Origin: Spirochaetia bacterium
GTDB lineage: Bacteria; Spirochaetota; Spirochaetia; SZUA-6; Bin103
NCBI GenBank assembly: GCA_965203515.1
Contig: OZ241907.1
Location: 576,001-640,000, forward strand
Direction: 5' to 3'
DNA: 64,000 nucleotides
The notes under the pieces: generated by a model
What the model was told of the DNA's origin: nothing
What the model saw: the letters and a program-made list of their open reading frames with translations, nothing else
Databases searched by the model: none
Made by a program: the position numbers and the translations under genes
In this document: positions 19,113 to 29,295 of the stretch, piece after piece
Layout: every line of letters begins with the position of its first letter
How positions within the stretch are numbered: position 1 is the first letter of the stretch

Positions 19113-22100
19113 ATGCCGGCTCCCGATCCGAACACGCGCGCGCATCTGGAATGGCTGGGCTACATCCAGCCGCACGGTCTGGTGGTGTCGGCGCCGGCGC
19201 TGGTCAAGGCGGGCGCGATCGTCAACCGGCAGGACGCGCACCGGCAGGCGCTGCTCGCCGGCTGCACGGAGGAACGCGCGCTCGCTCCCGACCGGCAGCC
19301 CACAGCGTGCATCCGCGACTTTCGCGAGTTCGCCGGCGCGGTCCTGGGCTGGCGCTTCTCGCCCAAGGGCTACGCCGGCTTCACCGAAGAAACTCCGATC
19401 CCTGAAGAACTGACGCTGCCGCTGCCCGATTACGGCGAGACCCTGCGCCCGGACTTCGCGGTGCGCGAGCGCGATCCGGCGAACGGCGCGTCGCAGTGGC
19501 AACTGCTGGTGCAGGTGCTGGCCGCCGGCCAGGACTTCGACCGCCCGGCGCCCGGCGGGCTGGAAGCGTCCGCCCAGGGGCGCGCCGAGCGCCTGCTGCG
19601 CGCCACCGGGGTGCCGGCCGGCGTGCTGGTCAACGGCGCTGCGCTGCGCCTGATCTCCGCCCCGCGCGGCGAGAGTTCCGGCTGGATCGACTTCCGCTTC
19701 GCCGACCTGCTCACCACCGCCGGACGCCCGCTCTGCTCCGCCCTGCACCTGCTCCTCTCCGAACAGCGGCTGCTGGCGCTGCCGCGCCAGAAACGCCTCA
19801 CCGCCTTGCTCGCCGACAGCCGCCGGTACCAGAACGAGGTCTCCGAGCGCCTGGCCGAGCAGGTCCTGCACGCGCTGTACGAGCTGCTGCGCGGCTTCCA
19901 GAACGCCCACGACGCATCGGACGGCGCGTTGCTGAGCGAGCCGCTGGCCGGCGGCGGCGACCGCAACGACATCTACCGCGGACTGCTCGCCGTCATCCTG
20001 CGGCTGGTCTTCCTGCTGTACGCGGAGGAGCGCGGCCTGCTGCCGGAGGATGCGACCTTCGCGCGCCACTACGCGCTGGGCGGCCTCTACCAGCGGCTGC
20101 GCAAGGACGCTGCGGCGCACCCGGACACGATGGACCAGCGGTATGGCGCCTGGGCGCAGTTGCTGGTGCTGTTTCGCCTGCTCCACGACGGGGTTGCGGC
20201 GCACCGCACCGGCGGGGCGGTGAGTCTGCCGGAGCGGCGCGGCGCGCTGTTCGACCCGGACCGCTACCGGTTCCTGGAGGGCCGCAGCGGCAGCGGGGCG
20301 CGGCAGCTCTCCGAGCGGGTGCAGCCGCCGCGGGTATCCGACGGGGTGATCTACCGGGTCCTGGAGAAGCTGCTGGTGCTGGACGGGGAGCGGCTCTCCT
20401 ACCGGACGCTGGACGTGGAGCAGATCGGCTCGGTGTACGAGACGATCATGGGCTTTCGCCTGGAGACGGCGGCCGGGCGCTCGGTGGCGGTCAAGCCGGC
20501 GAAGAAGCTGGGCGCGCCCACCACGATCGACCTCGACGCGCTGCTGGCGCAGCCTGCGGGGCGCCGCGGGCGCTGGCTGCAGGAGCGCGCCGACCGCCCT
20601 GTCAGCGCTGCAGTCGCCAAGGGAGTGCGCGCCGCGCAGAGCGTGAATGACCTGCACGCGGCGCTGGACCGGGTGCTGGATCACGCCGCGACGCCGGACC
20701 TGGTGCCGGCCGGCGGGCTGGTGCTGCAGCCCAACGAGGAGCGGCGCCGTTCCGGCTCGCACTACACGCCGCGGGAGCTGACCGAGCCGATCGTGCGCCA
20801 CACGCTGGCGCCGCTGCTGGCGCGGCTGCGCGGGGCGGACGGCCGCCCGCCGCGCCCGGAGCGGGTACTCGATCTCAAGGTCTGCGATCCGGCGATGGGA
20901 TCGGGGGCGTTTCTGGTGGAGACCTGCCGCCAGCTTGCCGACGCGCTGATCGAGGCGTGGGGCGCGCACGGCACGCTGCCCGACATCCCGGCGGATGAGG
21001 ACGAGGTGACCTTCGCGCGCCGCCTGGTGGCGCAGCGGTGTCTGTACGGCATCGACCGCAACCCGATGGCGGTCGACCTGGCCAAGGTGTCGCTGTGGCT
21101 GAGCACGCTGGCGCGCGACCATCCGTTCACCTTCGTGGACCATGCGTTCCGGCACGGCGACTCGCTGGTGGGGCTGACGCGGCGGCAGCTCGAAGCGCTG
21201 CACTGGCAGGGCGGGCAGCCGATCCTGGCCGGCTTCGGGGTGCGCGAGGCGTTGGAGGAAGCAGCGGCGTTGCGGCGCCGGATTCGGGAGGCGGACGAAA
21301 CGGTGACCGACCGGCAGTTGCAGACGCTGTGGCGCGGCGCGCAGGACGCGCTGGAGGAGGTGCGGCGGTTCGGCGATCTGACGCTGGCGGCGTTCTTCGA
21401 GGGCTCGAAGCCGAAGGAGCGCGCGGCGCGCCGGGCGGCGTACCAGGAAGCGATTCTGACGCGGCAGGCGCGGCGCTACGCGGAGGAGTTGGCGGCGCGC
21501 CGTAACGCCGAGGTGCCGTTCGCACCGTTCCACTGGGAGATCGAGTTCCCGGAGGTGTTCGAGCGGGAGAACCCCGGCTTCGACGGCTTCGTCGGCAATC
21601 CGCCGTTTCTCGGAGGCAAGAGAATCAGCACGACACTTGGTACGCCATACCGCGATTGGCTCTCGTTTCTTCATATCGACTCGAACAGCAATACCGACAT
21701 CGTCGCTCACTTCTTCCGTAGAGCATTCAATCTCACCCGTAAGGACGGCGCCTTTGGTCTCATCGCGACGAACACTATTTCCCAAGGTGACACCCGCTCA
21801 GGCGGTCTTCGATGGATCGGCAATAACGGCGGCGAGATATACCGCGCTCGTCGGCGGGTGAAGTGGCCGGGCGTTGCTGCGGTCGTAGTGAGTGTCGTAC
21901 ATGTTACCAAAGGTCGCTTCTCTGGCGTAAAGTATCTCGACGACACAAAGGCAGATACCATCACAGCGTTCCTTTTCCACAAAGGAGGACATGACGATCC
22001 CGTACGATTGGTAGCAAACGAAGGCAAGAGCTTCGTAGGCAGTTTCGTTCGAGGAATGGGATTTACCTTCGACGATACTGACAGGAATGGCGTTGCATCA

Positions 22101-23162
22101 AAGCTATCCGTGATGCATAAACTGGTCGAGGATCCGTTCAATAGTAAGGTCATCTCTCCGTACATCGGTGGCGAAGAGGTCAACAAGAGCCCGACCCATG
22201 CCTACCATCGTTATGTCATCAACTTCCGTGATTGGCCTCTACGTCGAGATACCATCGGCGAGCTTTGGGCGACTGCTGACGGGGAACGACGGCGTGCGTT
22301 ACGTCGCAAGTCGATTGTTCCGCGCGACTATCCGGAGCCAGTCGCGATAGACTGGCCGGAAGTACTGGCGGTTGTGACAGAGAAAGCAAAGCCCGGTCGC
22401 GAACGACTCGGCAACTCCTCGATAGATCGCGCGCACCGGGAGAGATGGTGGCGATTTGCAAATGAGCGCCCCCATCTCTACGCCACTATTAAAGGATTGG
22501 ATCGAGTCCTGGCCAATTCTCAGGTCAGTGCAACGGTCCAGTTCGCTTTTCTACCCGCCGAATACAGGGTATATGCACATACGTTGAATGTCTATCCGCT
22601 CCAGACGTATGCCGCATTCTGCGCTCTGCAGTCCCGCCCTCACGAGATCTGGGCACGCCTCTTCGGATCGTCGATGAAGGACGACCTCCGCTACACGCCG
22701 TCCGACTGCTTCGACACCTTCCCGTTCCCGGAAGGCTGGGACACTGATCCCACTCTCGAAGCCGCCGGCAAGGCGTACTACGAATACCGCGCCGAGCTCA
22801 TGGTAGACAACAACGAGGGCATGACCAGCACCTACAACCGCTTCCACGACCTCTACGAGACCGGCCCGCGCGTCGCCAAGCTCCGCGAACTGCATGCCGC
22901 AATGGACCGCGCGGTGCTCGACGCCTACGGCTGGACCGACCTCCCTACCGACTGCGACTTCCTCCTCGACTACGAGATCGACGAAGCCGCCTGGGGCCGC
23001 AAGAAGAAACCCTTCCGCTACCGCTGGCCCGACGAAGTCCGCGACGAAGTGCTCGCCCGCCTCCTCGCCCTCAACGCCGACCGCGCCGCCGCCGTCGGCC
23101 CTCCGGTACCCGGCAGATCGCGTCCCGTTGACAACGGCGACATTCTCGGCGATACTCTCTGA
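19113..23162 (+). CDS. drmMI: DISARM N6-adenine DNA methyltransferase DrmMI (Eco57I/type IIG-like, with TRD)
   Basis: 'GSHYTP', motif I 'DPAMGSGAF', 'LYGID.NP.AV.LAK', 'FHWEIEFPEVF', motif IV 'GNPPF', C-terminal 'LRYTPSDCF.TFPFP'. Downstream of drmD. Confidence 0.88.
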   Translation: MPAPDPNTRAHLEWLGYIQPHGLVVSAPALVKAGAIVNRQDAHRQALLAGCTEERALAPDRQPTACIRDFREFAGAVLGWRFSPKGYAGFTEETPIPEELTLPLPDYGETLRPDFAVRERDPANGASQWQLLVQVLAAGQDFDRPAPGGLEASAQGRAERLLRATGVPAGVLVNGAALRLISAPRGESSGWIDFRFADLLTTAGRPLCSALHLLLSEQRLLALPRQKRLTALLADSRRYQNEVSERLAEQVLHALYELLRGFQNAHDASDGALLSEPLAGGGDRNDIYRGLLAVILRLVFLLYAEERGLLPEDATFARHYALGGLYQRLRKDAAAHPDTMDQRYGAWAQLLVLFRLLHDGVAAHRTGGAVSLPERRGALFDPDRYRFLEGRSGSGARQLSERVQPPRVSDGVIYRVLEKLLVLDGERLSYRTLDVEQIGSVYETIMGFRLETAAGRSVAVKPAKKLGAPTTIDLDALLAQPAGRRGRWLQERADRPVSAAVAKGVRAAQSVNDLHAALDRVLDHAATPDLVPAGGLVLQPNEERRRSGSHYTPRELTEPIVRHTLAPLLARLRGADGRPPRPERVLDLKVCDPAMGSGAFLVETCRQLADALIEAWGAHGTLPDIPADEDEVTFARRLVAQRCLYGIDRNPMAVDLAKVSLWLSTLARDHPFTFVDHAFRHGDSLVGLTRRQLEALHWQGGQPILAGFGVREALEEAAALRRRIREADETVTDRQLQTLWRGAQDALEEVRRFGDLTLAAFFEGSKPKERAARRAAYQEAILTRQARRYAEELAARRNAEVPFAPFHWEIEFPEVFERENPGFDGFVGNPPFLGGKRISTTLGTPYRDWLSFLHIDSNSNTDIVAHFFRRAFNLTRKDGAFGLIATNTISQGDTRSGGLRWIGNNGGEIYRARRRVKWPGVAAVVVSVVHVTKGRFSGVKYLDDTKADTITAFLFHKGGHDDPVRLVANEGKSFVGSFVRGMGFTFDDTDRNGVASKLSVMHKLVEDPFNSKVISPYIGGEEVNKSPTHAYHRYVINFRDWPLRRDTIGELWATADGERRRALRRKSIVPRDYPEPVAIDWPEVLAVVTEKAKPGRERLGNSSIDRAHRERWWRFANERPHLYATIKGLDRVLANSQVSATVQFAFLPAEYRVYAHTLNVYPLQTYAAFCALQSRPHEIWARLFGSSMKDDLRYTPSDCFDTFPFPEGWDTDPTLEAAGKAYYEYRAELMVDNNEGMTSTYNRFHDLYETGPRVAKLRELHAAMDRAVLDAYGWTDLPTDCDFLLDYEIDEAAWGRKKKPFRYRWPDEVRDEVLARLLALNADRAAAVGPPVPGRSRPVDNGDILGDTL

Positions 23163-23447
23163 GAGACGATCCATGGAACGGCAACTCAAGCACCTCGAGT
23201 TCGTTCAGGGCGTAGTAAACCGTCTGGCCGCCAATTCGTTCCGCATAAAGGGATGGAGCGTGGTACTGGTCTCCGCTCTGTTCGTCCTGGCAGCACGAGA
23301 GGGCCGGATCGCGTTCTCCTTCATCGCCCTGGTCCCTCTCGCCTTCCTCTGGTGGCTGGACGGCTACTTCCTCTGGCAGGAGCGTCTGTTCCGAGCGCTG
23401 TATGACCACGTGCGTAGTCTGGACGAATCCAAGATAGATTTCTCGAT

Positions 23448-24779
23448 GGGGCTTCCGGGTTTCGTGTGGGTAGGGCGCCCTGACGGTGGCGGTGGCGCCG
23501 CCAGCAAGGCTACGCTGGCGCCATGCGTGACAAGGAACTGTACGGCAGGATTCTGGGCGTCGAGGCACCGTGGCGAGTGGCCGACGTCGAACTGAACCTT
23601 CAGCAGGGCGAGATCGTGGTCCACGTCGAGCACGGCGGGCCGCTCACCTGCCCGCACTGCGGCCAAGCCGCGCGCCGCTACGACAGCCGTCAACGGCGGT
23701 GGCGCCATCTGGACACCTGCCAGTACCGCACGGTTCTGGCTGCCGACGTACCGCGGTCTCAGTGCCGGCAGCACGGGGTCAAGCAGATCGAGGTGCCGTG
23801 GAGCGAAGGCCGCTCGCGGCTGACCGCGCTGTGCGAGGCGGTCGTGATCGACTGGCTGCAGCACGCCACGATCGCGGCGGTGGCGCAGCAGATGCGGCTC
23901 AGCTGGGACGAGGTCGACGGGGTGATGCAGCGCGCGGTGCACCGCGGCTTACAACGGCGCGAGGTGCAGCTGCCGCCGCGGATCGGCGTGGACGAGACGT
24001 CGTTTCAGAAGCGCCATGAGTACGTGACGGTGATCAACGATCTGGACGGGCACGTCGTGCACGTGGCCGATGGCCGCCGCAAGGAGGTGTTGGAGGAGTT
24101 CTACCAGCAGTTTGACCATGAGCAGTTGGCTGCTGTCGAGACGGTCGCCATGGACATGTGGGAGCCGTACATCATCGCGACCGCCGCCTACGTGCCGGAC
24201 GCGGAGCTCAAGATCGCGTTCGACAAGTTCCACGTCGCCCGGCACCTCGGCAACGCCGTTGACCAGGTACGGCGAGCCGAGAGCCGCCGGCTGGCCGGCA
24301 GCGGTGATGATCGGCTGAAGGGCAGCCGCTATGCGTGGCTGACCAATCCCGAGCACATGGATGCCGAGCGTTGGCGGCAGTTCGCTGACTTGCGGGACAG
24401 CGCGCTGCAGACCGCGCGCGCCTGGGGCTACAAGGAACATGCGATGACGCTGTGGAGGTACCGCTCTCGCGGGTGGGCGCGCAAGGCGTGGCAGGCGTGG
24501 TACCGGTCGGCGATCCGGTGTCGTCTGGAGCCGGTCAAGCGGGTAGCGCGGATGGTCAAGCGTCATCTGGAAGGGATCGTGACGGCGGTGGTGCAGGGGG
24601 TGAGCAACGCGCGGGCGGAGTCGATCAACGCGGGGGTGCAGAGGTTGAAGTACGCAGCGCGCGGCTTTCGCAACCGGCAGAGGTTCCGCAACGCGATCTA
24701 CTTTCACCTCGGCGGCCTTGACCTCTACCCTGCCGGTGTCGGCCGTGACCACCTCGTCCACACGAAAGCCTGAAGACCC
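23448..24779 (+). mobile_element. ISL3-family insertion sequence
   Basis: 22-bp imperfect terminal IRs (GGGGCTTCCGGGTTTCGTGTGG versus revcomp GGGTCTTCAGGCTTTCGTGTGG, 19/22). 8-bp TSD TTCTCGAT at 23440-23447 and 24780-24787. Confidence 0.95.
23523..24773 (+). CDS. ISL3 transposase
   Basis: Zn-finger CPHCG, 'RRWRHLD', DDE motifs 'GVDETS', 'AMDMW', 'FDKFH', 'SNARAESIN', 'ARGFRN'. Confidence 0.95.
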   Translation: MRDKELYGRILGVEAPWRVADVELNLQQGEIVVHVEHGGPLTCPHCGQAARRYDSRQRRWRHLDTCQYRTVLAADVPRSQCRQHGVKQIEVPWSEGRSRLTALCEAVVIDWLQHATIAAVAQQMRLSWDEVDGVMQRAVHRGLQRREVQLPPRIGVDETSFQKRHEYVTVINDLDGHVVHVADGRRKEVLEEFYQQFDHEQLAAVETVAMDMWEPYIIATAAYVPDAELKIAFDKFHVARHLGNAVDQVRRAESRRLAGSGDDRLKGSRYAWLTNPEHMDAERWRQFADLRDSALQTARAWGYKEHAMTLWRYRSRGWARKAWQAWYRSAIRCRLEPVKRVARMVKRHLEGIVTAVVQGVSNARAESINAGVQRLKYAARGFRNRQRFRNAIYFHLGGLDLYPAGVGRDHLVHTKA

Positions 24780-24931
24780 TTCTCGATGAACGTCGCTCCG
24801 TTCATGGGCGATCGTCCTCGAACATGGCGGAGCGCGATATTCTCGAAGACATTGGTCATATTCTATGTCGCGTTGAGTACCACTGTCTTCCTTGCCGTCG
24901 CGATATACCTGATCTTCAATGGAGGGCCGTC

Positions 24932-25426
24932 GTGAAACGCAGAGTGTTCTTCAGCTTCCACTACAAACCTGACGCATGGCGGGTATCGCAGATTCGCAAC
25001 ATCGGAGCACTTGAAAGAAATAGGCCGGTTACCCACAACGATTGGGAGCAAGTAAAGCGAGGCGGTGATGCCGCGATCGAACGATGGATCGCGAGGCAGA
25101 TGAAGTACCGTTCCTGTACGGTCGTGCTGGTGGGATCGAACACCGCCAGCCGAAAGTGGATCAACTATGAGATCGTCAGGTCATGGAATGACGGTATGGG
25201 GGTGGTGGGGATACACATTCACGGATTGGAAGACCAGAATGGTACGACGTCATCGAAGGGAAGCAATCCATTCGATTTCATCTCTGGCCCAAATAGCCTA
25301 CGGCTCTCTTCGATAGTGAAATGTTACGATCCAGGCGGTTCTAGCAGCACGCAGAGATACGAATGGATTTCTCGATACCTTGCAAATGCCGTAGAGGAAG
25401 CTATTAGTATCAGGAAAAGCCACTGA
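24932..25426 (+). CDS. TIR-domain protein (ThsB/DUF1863, MTH538-like)
   Basis: GTG start. 'KRRVFFSFHY..DAWR..QIRN', 'NDWE', 'SCTVVLVG..TASRKWINYEI..SW..G.G..GI.IH.L', with the catalytic Glu retained. Confidence 0.9.
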   Translation: MKRRVFFSFHYKPDAWRVSQIRNIGALERNRPVTHNDWEQVKRGGDAAIERWIARQMKYRSCTVVLVGSNTASRKWINYEIVRSWNDGMGVVGIHIHGLEDQNGTTSSKGSNPFDFISGPNSLRLSSIVKCYDPGGSSSTQRYEWISRYLANAVEEAISIRKSH

Positions 25427-25449
25427 TATCAATCGACTCGACGCCACGT

Positions 25450-26636
25450 ATGATCACGCAGGTACGCCTGCAAAACTACAAGAGCATCGCCGCCTGCTCC
25501 GTCGCACTGAAGCCGCTGACGATTCTGGTCGGTCCAAATGGCGCCGGCAAGAGCAACTTCGTTGACGGGTTGCGCTTCACGGCGGAGTCGCTGCGCTATT
25601 CTCTGGAGCATGCGCTGCGCGATCGCGGCGGGATCGACGAAGTTCGGAGGCGGTCGGATGACCGCGCCGACAGCTTCGCGGTTCGCATCGACGTGCGAGT
25701 TGCGGGCGCGGCGGGCTGGTACGGGTTTGAGGTCGGCGCAACCGGGAAGGGAGGCTACGTCGTGCGGCGCGAGGAATGCGTCGTCAGATCGGCCGACCCG
25801 GAACGGCGCGGCTTCTTTCGGGTCCGTCACGGCGAGGCCGTCGTCAGCTCCATTCGCCATCCACCGCCGAATCCCGGAAGGGATCGCCTCTACCTGTTGC
25901 CGGCGTCTGCGTACCCGCCGTTCCGGCCCGTGTACGACGCCCTGGCCGCCATGGGATTCTACCACCTGGACCCGGAGCGCATCCGCGAGCTCCAGGCGCG
26001 GGACTCCGGCGACCTCCTGGCACGGTCCGGCGGGAACATCGCGAGCGTCCTCGACCGGCTTCGGTCGCACTCGCCGGCCAACGCGGCGCGCATCGACGAC
26101 TATCTGTCGGCAATCGTCCCGGGCGTGGTAGGTGTGGAGCCGCTGTCAGTCGGTCCGCGGTTGACCCTGGAGTTTCTGGAACAGCCGCCGGGGAAAGCTC
26201 CGCGACGCTTCCTTGCCGGCGCCATGTCGGATGGAACGCTGCACGTGTTGGGCATGCTGGTGGCTCTGTTTCAGCACGCGGATGGCGCCTCGGAGCGTCC
26301 CGGACTGGTCGGGATCGAAGAACCGGAGACCGCGCTGCACCCCGCCGCCGCCGGGGCGCTGACCGACGTGCTGCAGGAAGCGAGCGAGCGCGTGCAGGTG
26401 ATCGTCACCAGCCACAGCGCGGATTTGCTGGACCGGGACGCGATCTCGGAAGAATCGATCCTGGCCGTGGACGCGGAACAGGGCGAGACCCGAATCGCGC
26501 CGCTCGACGAGACGGGCCGTACCACCTGCCGTAACGCCTGTTCACCGCAGGCGAGTTGCTCCGTATGGACCAACTGAGCCCGGACCCGGATGCCGCGGCG
26601 TCCGTGGACCTCGACCTCTTTCGCGACGAGGAATGA
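25450..26636 (+). CDS. ABC-type ATPase (AAA_21); apparent frameshift near 26530
   Basis: Walker A GPNGAGKS, 'MSDGTL', 'IEEPE.ALHP', 'VTSHS'. The ORF stops at 26577, but another frame reads 'RLFTAGELLRMDQL...DEE*' to 26636, abutting the next gene. Confidence 0.85.
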
Positions 26637-26639
26637 TCC

Positions 26640-27212
26640 TTGATCCGAATCGTGGCCATCGTCGAAGGAGACGGCGAAGTGAAGGCGGTGCCGGTACTGC
26701 TCCGACGGATCGGCGCGGCAGTGGCGCCGCTCGTGGCGCTCGACGTAGCGCGGCCGATCCGCGTGTCGCGCGGGCGATTTCTCAAAGGGAGCGGACTGGA
26801 AAGCTACGTGAGCTTGGCTGCGAGTCGCGCAGGGCCGGACGGTCGCATTCTGGTGCTGCTCGACGCGAATGGCGATTGCCCGGCGGAACTCGGCGCCGCC
26901 CTGCTGCGGCGCGCCCGCGCCGCGCGGCCCGACCTGCTCATCGAGGTGGTGCTGTGCGAATACGAGGCGTGGTTCATCGCGGCGGCCGATTCCCTGTGCG
27001 GAACACGCGGCATATCGAGTGCCGCGAACGTACCGCCCGACCCGGAGTCGATCCGCGGCGCCAAGGAGTGGCTCCGCGCCCGGATGAGCGGCCCCTACAG
27101 CCCGACCGCCGACCAGGCCGCGCTCACCGCCCGGTTCGACATGACGGCAGCCCGCCGCCGCGCGCCGTCGTTCGACAAGATGTGGCGCGCCGTCAACGTC
27201 CTGATGCAATAG
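26640..27212 (+). CDS. DUF4276-like (TOPRIM-like) protein
   Basis: 'IVEGDGE..AVPVLLRR', 'LVLLDA..DCP', 'EYEAWF', 'DPE.IR.AK', 'Y..T.DQ', 'SF.K'. Directly downstream of the ATPase. Confidence 0.8.
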   Translation: MIRIVAIVEGDGEVKAVPVLLRRIGAAVAPLVALDVARPIRVSRGRFLKGSGLESYVSLAASRAGPDGRILVLLDANGDCPAELGAALLRRARAARPDLLIEVVLCEYEAWFIAAADSLCGTRGISSAANVPPDPESIRGAKEWLRARMSGPYSPTADQAALTARFDMTAARRRAPSFDKMWRAVNVLMQ

Positions 27213-27263
27213 GTCCCTCGGCTTGCACGGCGCGCCGTAGTCCGCTAGTGTCTGACGCACGAC

Positions 27264-27854
27264 ATGTCATCGCCTGCTCGTAATCGGCAGCCGTTGTTGT
27301 CTTCTGGAAATCGGTTGCCTTGGCGGCCTTTCAACGAAATAACGCGGACGCAATTTTCCGCCATCGAGGTTGGTCGCTATAGCGGTATCGATGGTTTGCG
27401 ACTCAATATCCCTGGAAGAGTCAATCTCATCGTCGGCGCTAACAACGCGGGCAAGACCTCTCTGCTCGAAGCGATCTATCTGCTGGCGCACCAGAACGAT
27501 GAGCAGGCGCTGCTCGACGTCATCCGCTGGCGCGGTCGAGTGGAACGGGAGCCCGACCCGCTTTGGCTGGTGGAACAGCTTCCGCCGATCATCCGGCTTT
27601 CCGGGCGCTTCGACCAGATCGTGGACGACAGCACGACCTTCGAGTCCCATGTCCTCAATGAGCCGGGTGATGTCTTTGGAGATCAGACTGAGTTCCTGGC
27701 CCGACTCGTCATCGCGTCCGACTACGGCGGGCGAGCGCAAAGTACTGACGTCGCGTTCTTCGGAGATGATCGGCGACGGACCACCGTCCAGGGGCGGCAC
27801 TGGCTGTGCCGCTCGGCCTTCATCGGTCCGTTCTGGTCCAGCCGCCCCGGGTGA
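27264..27854 (+). pseudogene. truncated AAA_15-type ATPase (N-terminal half only)
   Basis: Walker A 'NLIVGANNAGKTSLLEAI'. No signature or Walker B before the stop, and no convincing start. Confidence 0.6.
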
Positions 27855-27965
27855 GACGCTACGACGGGGACAAGCTGCTCCGCTTGCACGAGGCGATAGA
27901 CTTCGACTTGCGAGGGATTCGTTGAAGACGGTTTGGTCTCCTGCGCCTGCGAGTGGTATCTGACC

Positions 27966-28079
27966 ACCGGCGGCGGTCATCCGGCCGCGAGCGCCGCGGT
28001 GAGGTTGGCCGGTGCCAGCAGGCGGGCGTCGGCCGCGCGCTCCAGGAACGGGCGGACGCCCTGGATGAGTCGGCCGACG
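27966..28079 (-). repeat. diverged duplicate of the abiEii 3' end (second copy at 32480-32595)
   Basis: Minus strand encodes VGRLIQGVRPFLERAADARLLAPANLTAALAAG*, versus VGRLIQDVRPFLERPADARLLERANLTAALAAG* in the intact gene. Confidence 0.9.
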
Positions 28080-28203
28080 GGTTGTCGACGCCTGTGAGAT
28101 CTGCTACCGTTGTTTGTACGGGTATGCGAGCGCAGGAACATGCCGCCGAGACGCTGGCCTACAACGGATTGGTAAGGAGCTGGCCGGAATCAGACGGCTC
28201 GTT

Positions 28204-29295
28204 ATGACGGAGGAGCGTCAGACCGAGATGTCAATGGACGCAATCCGAATCAGCGGGACGCCGTCGCTCGATAGACCGAGGCAAGGCGACTATTGGATGC
28301 GCTCCGTCTCCTTCGCCGGGCTGCACCGCATTCTGAGCGCGGTGGCCGACAGTCCGCAGGGCCTCACCGCAAAGGAAATCAACGATCTCGTCCTGACCAA
28401 GGGTCTTACGCTTACACCGCGCAATCCTCGGCCAGCGCCCACGACTCTCTACCATTATCGGAATACCCTGCTGCGCCTGCGCATACTCATACGGGCAGGA
28501 CGAAGGCTGCACGCGAATACCGACGATCCCGACGTATGCGAACTGTTGCGCATGCCCCCTCCTCCCAACGGTGACCAGTCGCTGCATGCCGGTGCTGGCG
28601 ACCGGTTTGCCGGGTTGGTTCTGCGCAACGAGCAGTGTCGATCGCTCTTCTTCGACCTTTTCGTGCCGCCGCAAACCACCTCGATACCGGCCACAGCCTT
28701 CCGCCACAACAGCACCTCCGTCGAATGGTGGTATCGCCGTTCCTCCGACGGAACGAGAGAAGTCGTCCTTCGCAATGGAACGACCGGACGTGCCGCGCGG
28801 TACTCATCACGAATCGGCAAGACCGCAATCATGTACGGGCTGCGCTACTGGGCTCGTGACCAATTGCTTCTCATCGACGAATACTGCTCTCCGAGCGGCG
28901 CAAGCACTACCATGTTCCCCTTGTCTGCCGCTTCTGCCGCCGCGTCGGTTACGGAAACCGTCCGATCGTTACTCTCGCTTCGAACGTCCGACGACTGGAC
29001 TATGTTCTCCGTCCATGACCTGATCAAGGGCTACTGTGAAAGGCGGCGCAAACCGAGAAGTGTGCTGTTCGACGCGATCGACTGGCTCTTGCGCGAATGG
29101 CCGTACCACACGGCGCTGATTCCGACATCTCCGACCCTGGCCAGCCTCGACGCGACTTCTCTGTATCGCGAGGATTTCGCGCTGCGAAGCTATTATAGAC
29201 ATGAGAACGGCCCATACATCTCTCACATACGGGTGCACAAAGACGTGAATGCGCCCCACAGGAGGGCACTCCATCATGCCCAGCATGCTTCATAA
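28204..29295 (+). CDS. hypothetical protein, probable winged-helix DNA-binding domains
   Basis: Long ORF overlapping the next gene. N-terminal 'LHRILSAVADSPQGLTAKEI...TLYHYRNTLLRLRIL' looks wHTH-like. No recognisable catalytic motif. Confidence 0.65.
   Translation: MTEERQTEMSMDAIRISGTPSLDRPRQGDYWMRSVSFAGLHRILSAVADSPQGLTAKEINDLVLTKGLTLTPRNPRPAPTTLYHYRNTLLRLRILIRAGRRLHANTDDPDVCELLRMPPPPNGDQSLHAGAGDRFAGLVLRNEQCRSLFFDLFVPPQTTSIPATAFRHNSTSVEWWYRRSSDGTREVVLRNGTTGRAARYSSRIGKTAIMYGLRYWARDQLLLIDEYCSPSGASTTMFPLSAASAAASVTETVRSLLSLRTSDDWTMFSVHDLIKGYCERRRKPRSVLFDAIDWLLREWPYHTALIPTSPTLASLDATSLYREDFALRSYYRHENGPYISHIRVHKDVNAPHRRALHHAQHAS

Larger units (their letters stand above)
23173..24935 (+). pseudogene. 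small (~140 aa) multi-TM membrane protein interrupted by ISL3
   Basis: Joining 23173-23447 to 24788-24935 gives 423 nt in frame: MERQLKHLEFVQGVVNRLAANSF.IKGW...FLWWLDGYFLWQERLFRALYD...DFSM|NVAPF...TWRSAIFSKTLVIFYVAL...GGPS*. Its stop overlaps the TIR GTG. Confidence 0.85.

Noticed and set aside
24824..24931. N-terminal extension of the TIR ORF in the ORF track
   Set aside because: This stretch is the 3' part of the IS-split membrane gene in another frame. The TIR most plausibly starts at GTG 24932.
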